Shown: piece after piece, positions 58,022 to 64,000 of the stretch
How the letters are laid out: the number at the start of each line of letters is the position of its first letter
Numbering within the stretch: the stretch's first letter is position 1
Source: the human T2T-CHM13v2.0 reference genome, Homo sapiens
Assembly (NCBI RefSeq): GCF_009914755.1
Contig: NC_060940.1
Strand: one strand, 5' to 3'
Length of the DNA stretch: 64,000 bases
The notes under the pieces: model-generated
What the model saw: the letters and a program-made list of their open reading frames with translations, nothing else
Database searches by the model: none
Told to the model about the DNA's origin: nothing
Translations under genes and position numbers: made by a program

Positions 58022-58119
58022 TTAATCCCTGCACACACAGACACACATGCACACACATTGTTAATCCCTGCACACACACATCTCCGCAGACACACACCCT
58101 TAATCCCTGCACACACACG
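58022..58119. repeat. 39-bp-period minisatellite, 3 x ttaatccctgcacacaca
   Basis: Identical 18-mers start at 58022, 58061 and 58100. Confidence 0.92.
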
Positions 58120-58346
58120 TTGTTTGAGCCCAGAGATGCTGTGACAGCCGTCAGTCAGATGAAAGAAATAAAGACAAACTTCATCTTTCATGTTGTGGGT
58201 ACCTACTATGCACCAAGCATATTGTTTCACCCAAGAATGTAAGCTCCATGAAGTCAGAGATTGTGCCTGATTTATACCACACACTGTGATAACACTATGA
58301 CATAGGAAGTCACAGGATGTTTGGCAAGAATAAAAATACCGAAGTT

Positions 58347-58657
58347 GGCCAGGCGCAGTGGCTCATGCCTGTAATCCCAGCACTTTGGGAGGCTGAGACG
58401 GACGGGTGGATCACCTGAGGTCAGGAGTTCAAGACCAGCCTGGCTAACATGGCAAGACCCCATCTCTACTAAAAATACAAAAATTAGCCAGGTGTGGTGG
58501 TGTACACCTGTAATCCTAGCTGCTCAGGAGGCTGAGGCAAGAGAATTTCTTGAACCCAGGAGATGGAGGCTGCAGTAAGCTGAGATCATGCCACTGCGCT
58601 TCAGCTTGGATGACAGAGAGAGGCTCTGTCTTAAAAAAAAAAAAAAAAAAAGAAAGA
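58347..58657 (+). mobile_element. AluS
   Basis: Full dimer with polyA. Confidence 0.93.
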
Positions 58658-60286
58658 AAACCAAAGTCCCATGGATGAAGTCCCTGACAGAGATAACAAC
58701 TGAGTCAAGTCTTACAGAAAAAGTAGACAAGAAAGACAAGTGTGTGTTTGCACCGCTGTTTTACTTCTTTCTTTTTTTAAGCCCAAATCACCAAATCCTC
58801 CCTATACTTATGCCCTAAGGAAACATGAGCAAGACACAAATGTTAACATTGAAGACCATTTTTTATTAGTATTTCTTTACCTCTGCACTGAAGGGAAAAT
58901 ATGTTTATTCCAAACCTTAACAAAAGCTTGGTTCTAAGCCTTGGTGAAACGTTCCTCATTCCTCCATGAGTAGCCCGTTTTGATAATCGTCCCCTAGAGA
59001 TCAAACCAGCTCAAAGCACAATGATTGCCACATTCTAAATTTAACTGACCGCACAGATGCATTACTAGCAAGCAGGAAAGAGCCTTTGCTTTCCTGGCTT
59101 GGAGGAGCAGGATGTTTATGACCTGTTTATAAAGTCTGCATAAAATACAGCTTCAGAGTTCTATCTGTGAGTGGGCTACCTAGAGTCAAGTGTGTCTTTT
59201 AAAATATGATGTATCACTTACAAGAACGGTTTCTTAGTCTCTAGCCTTCCCTTCGTTGGCTCCCTCAAAACCCTTGCTCTCCCATAAATAACAATACGAA
59301 GTGATGGCTTGACCATGACTTTCATTGTGCCCCCACCTGTATGGGATGTCTTCCGTGGTGGATTTTTGTTAAGAAACAAAATACAACTTTTATTGAGATC
59401 AATAAAAGATTAAGGTGACAAAGTGATTTATTGACTATCGAGGAGGCTCATTTTTCCCTCACAACTGCTATAGCTACCAGAAAGGATGTTTTTTTTACCC
59501 TGGGTCTTCAGGAAAGTTGTGAGAAGCCAAGACTCATTTATCAAGTCAAAAGAGAATGATTAAAAACCATAAAGAAACAGACAAAGAACACACATGAGAA
59601 AAAAAAAAAAGCCCTATCATGGACTATTTTGCTAAAACACCCAAGTTGTCGAGTGTGAAGAGATGGAGGAAATTCATGGGGTGTTTTGTGGAATGAGGCT
59701 CAGGAGGATGTGGGGAGCAATGGATCAGAACGGCTGGGGCTGAGGTCAGAGCAAGGAAAGAAGTGAGCATTGAGAAATGGGAAAACAGGCTGAAAGCTGT
59801 GGTGTCTGCCATTCACCACAGCGAGGGGCAGAGTACAGTCTGAGCACCAGCATGACACCCCTGTAGGAGGATTACCTACTATGATATGAACAAGATTCTT
59901 CCGTTGTGCAAACACCTTACTGTTCTTCCAACTCCTTGTCCTCTCCCATGGTTTCCCCTATGTCGATAAGGTCCCCACACCCCACCCTCTTCCTTTCCTG
60001 GAGCCTATGTCCTCATCCTTCAAGGCAAACTCAAATGCCTCCTCCTCCGCTCCAACTCTCCCAAATAGGAGGTGTCCCTTGCTACCCTCTGATGATGAAA
60101 AATGTGAGAAACCCCCAAGTAAAGGGACCCTATTATATTGCAGACACAATGCAAAGCTAATAATATCCATGGGGTCAAAAATTTTGTAGATTTTCTTTAG
60201 GTCTTCTTCCCTAAAGACTGGAATAGCTGCATACATGGATGGGGTTTCATAAATATGTTTTTAATAAATGAAGCATGAGCTAATGA

Positions 60287-60637
<351 letters not shown>

Positions 60638-61404
60638 TATCCTTCCCATTTTACAGAAAGGGAAATCATAATCACGTCCAGAACTTCACACAGCACTCAA
60701 ACATAGCTAACATTTGAATTTCCCCTTCCTCTTGTCAGTCTGTCGCTGCAGAAAGCAACCCTACTAACCACACCCCACCCCCAAATCCAGCTGCCCAAAA
60801 AGAGGGACGATAACCTCTGGTGAGACAATAGGCAACGTGAAGTCTAGAGGCACGTATTAAAGAAGTTAACACCTGGCCTGTGGACCTTTAATGAAAATTA
60901 GGTCCCATGCTATTGGGAATAGAAAATCATCCCATGAAACCCTCTGCCTTTATAGACTCTGAGACCCATGGCACCTCCTCAAGGTGAGAAGGAAGAATGG
61001 TAGGGGCAGAGTTTCCAATATAGCAGCCATCAAAAGTCCCCATTAACTCTATAATGAGTTGACTTTTAATTTTGACGTAATGATACATAGCAGCATGGTT
61101 ACCCTCTGGATCAGCATGTCATGAACACCTGTTTGGGAAAGCTGAACTTGCCAAGCATTGATTTTTTTTTTAAGTCAGCCAATACAGTTCCACATCTAGA
61201 AATCTACCCCGTAGATAAACTTGCATTTGTGAGAAATGACACAGTCATGTCTGCAAGAGCAAACTATTGGGAGCTGCCCAGAAATCCATCCATAGGAACT
61301 GGTGCAAAGATATATGCATGCTCACACAATTACATAATACACAGATATTTAAAAGATCAAAGTTGTTCTTCATGTCCTGATGTGAAATAATTGCCAAGAT
61401 ACTA

Positions 61405-61705
<301 letters not shown>

Positions 61706-61715
<10 letters not shown>

Positions 61716-61870
61716 AAGAGAAAGAAGAAAGAAGGAAAGAAAGAAAGAAGGAAGGAAGGAAGAAAGGAATGAGAAAGGGAGGGAGAGAGAGAAAGAAAAA
61801 AGAAAGAGGGAAAGAAAGAAAGAAAGAGAAAGAAAGACAGGGAGAGAAAGGAAGGAAGGAAGGAGAAAAA
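61706..61870. repeat. Polypurine (GAAA/GGAA/GA) tract grown from the Alu tail
   Basis: About 165 bp almost entirely A/G. Confidence 0.92.
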
Positions 61871-62219
61871 CTATGTATGATACTGCTACAGATGCAGAGA
61901 GATCTAAATGTAGGTCATATAGATACAGATACATATACGCACTCATTTGTTTACCCAGAATATCTCTGGAAGGATACAGGGTAACCAGCCATAGCAGTTT
62001 CCTCATGGGAGTGAAGATATGTGGCCATAGGATAGTAGTAGGAAAGAACTTTTCCTCTTGTGCCTTTTGAATTTTGTATTACACACATTGTTGTCATATG
62101 TATGTCATTCAGCAGAGATAAACTTAGTGCCCGCTATGAGCTAAGTATATGGCAATTATCAACTCTCAGCAATTCCTATACCCCTGCTAGCAGGAAGATA
62201 GAAAATAAGCAAGATAATT

Positions 62220-62909
62220 ATTAAAAAGTCAAAAAATAACATATGCCGGAAAGATTGTGGAGAAAAAGGAACACTTGCACACTGTTGGTGGGAGTGTAAA
62301 TTAGTTCAAGTATTGTGGAAAGCAGTATGGTGATTCCTCAAAGAATTAAAAGCAGATCTATCATTCGACCCAGTAATCCCATTACTATGTATATACTCAG
62401 AGGAATATCAATCATTCTACCATAAAGATACATGTATGTGAATGTTCATTGCAGCACTATTGACAATGGCAAAGACAAGGAATCCAGTTAAATGACCATC
62501 AATGACAGATTGGATAAAGAAAATGTGGTACATATACACCATGGAATACTGTGCAGCCATAAAAAAGAATGAGATCATGTCTTTTGAAGGAACATGGGTG
62601 GAGATAGAGGCTATTATCCTCAGTAAACTAACATATGACCAGAAAACAAAATAATGCCTGTTCTCACTTATAAGTGGGAGCTCAATGATGAGAAGTTATG
62701 AACACAAAGAAAGAAACAACCCACACTGGGGTCCACTTGAGGGGGGAGGATGGGAGGAGGAAGAGGAGCAGAAAAGATAACTACTGGGTACTAGGCTTAA
62801 TTCCTGGGTGTTGAAATAACCCATACAACAAACTCCCATGGCATGAGTTTACCTATGTAACAAACCTTCTCATGTACCCTCAAACCTAAAATAAAAGTTA
62901 AAAAAAAAA
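62220..62909 (+). mobile_element. L1PA16/L1PB-like 3' end
   Basis: 'aaaaagtcaaaaaataac..tgtggtacatatacaccatggaatac..cctaaaataaaagttaaaa'. Confidence 0.92.
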
Positions 62910-62936
62910 GATAAATATACATATACATTTAGTATA

Positions 62937-63234
<298 letters not shown>

Positions 63235-63248
63235 CTACACTTACTACA

Positions 63249-63475
63249 TTTTTAAATAAATTTTATTGTGTATATTTAAGGTATACAACATGATGTTATA
63301 AGATATATATGTAGTAAAATGGTTACGATAGTGGAACAAATTCACATATCCATCATCTCACATAGTTAGTCATAGTTTTTCCACGTGTGGCAAGAGCAGC
63401 TATAATCTACTCATTTAGCAGAAATCCTGACTGCAATATACTGTTATTCACTAAAGCCTTCATGATATACATTAG
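63249..63475 (-). mobile_element. L1MA-like extreme 3' end
   Basis: 'aattttattgtgtatatttaaggtatacaacatgatg..catatccatcatctcacatagtta'. Confidence 0.8.
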
Positions 63476-63523
63476 GTTTTTCAACAAGTATCAGTGTTAA
63501 GGAGAAAAAATTAGGGAAAATTA

Positions 63524-64000
<477 letters not shown>

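Noticed and set aside
58022-58119. Repeat-spacer pattern superficially like a CRISPR array
   Set aside because: Primate DNA, only three 18-bp repeats, CA-rich related spacers and no cas genes; it is a minisatellite.

Overview
Human-type (primate) non-coding genomic DNA, either intergenic or deep intronic. I found no credible protein-coding exon, RNA gene, CpG-island promoter or prokaryotic-style system. The ORF-track entries are short ORFs from Alu, simple-repeat or random sequence. Roughly half of the window is interspersed repeats: about 20 Alus (J, S, Y, and two young Ya5-lineage copies with target-site duplications, which points to human origin), truncated L1 3' ends (L1PA/PB, L1MA, L1MC, L1ME), many MIR and L2 relics, MaLR/ERVL solo LTRs (THE1, MSTA, MLT1, MLT2, LTR16- and LTR33-like) and hAT DNA transposons (MER58B, MER20, MER91-like). 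Repeat subfamily calls are from recalled consensus sequences and coordinates of old repeats are approximate. The most notable structure is a 277-bp, about 89% identical local copy of an L2 fragment (donor 32083-32360) inserted 2.8 kb away inside an MLT1 LTR that is itself inside a MIR. Other points of interest are several repeat-free islands with enhancer-like motif clusters (best 43.9-44.9 kb), two same-orientation MER91-derived CTCF motifs, a 39-bp-period TAATCC minisatellite, internally duplicated or nested Alus, and a complex 136-bp (AGAT)n STR. I could not identify the locus, and I see no evidence for a new biological system beyond these candidates.
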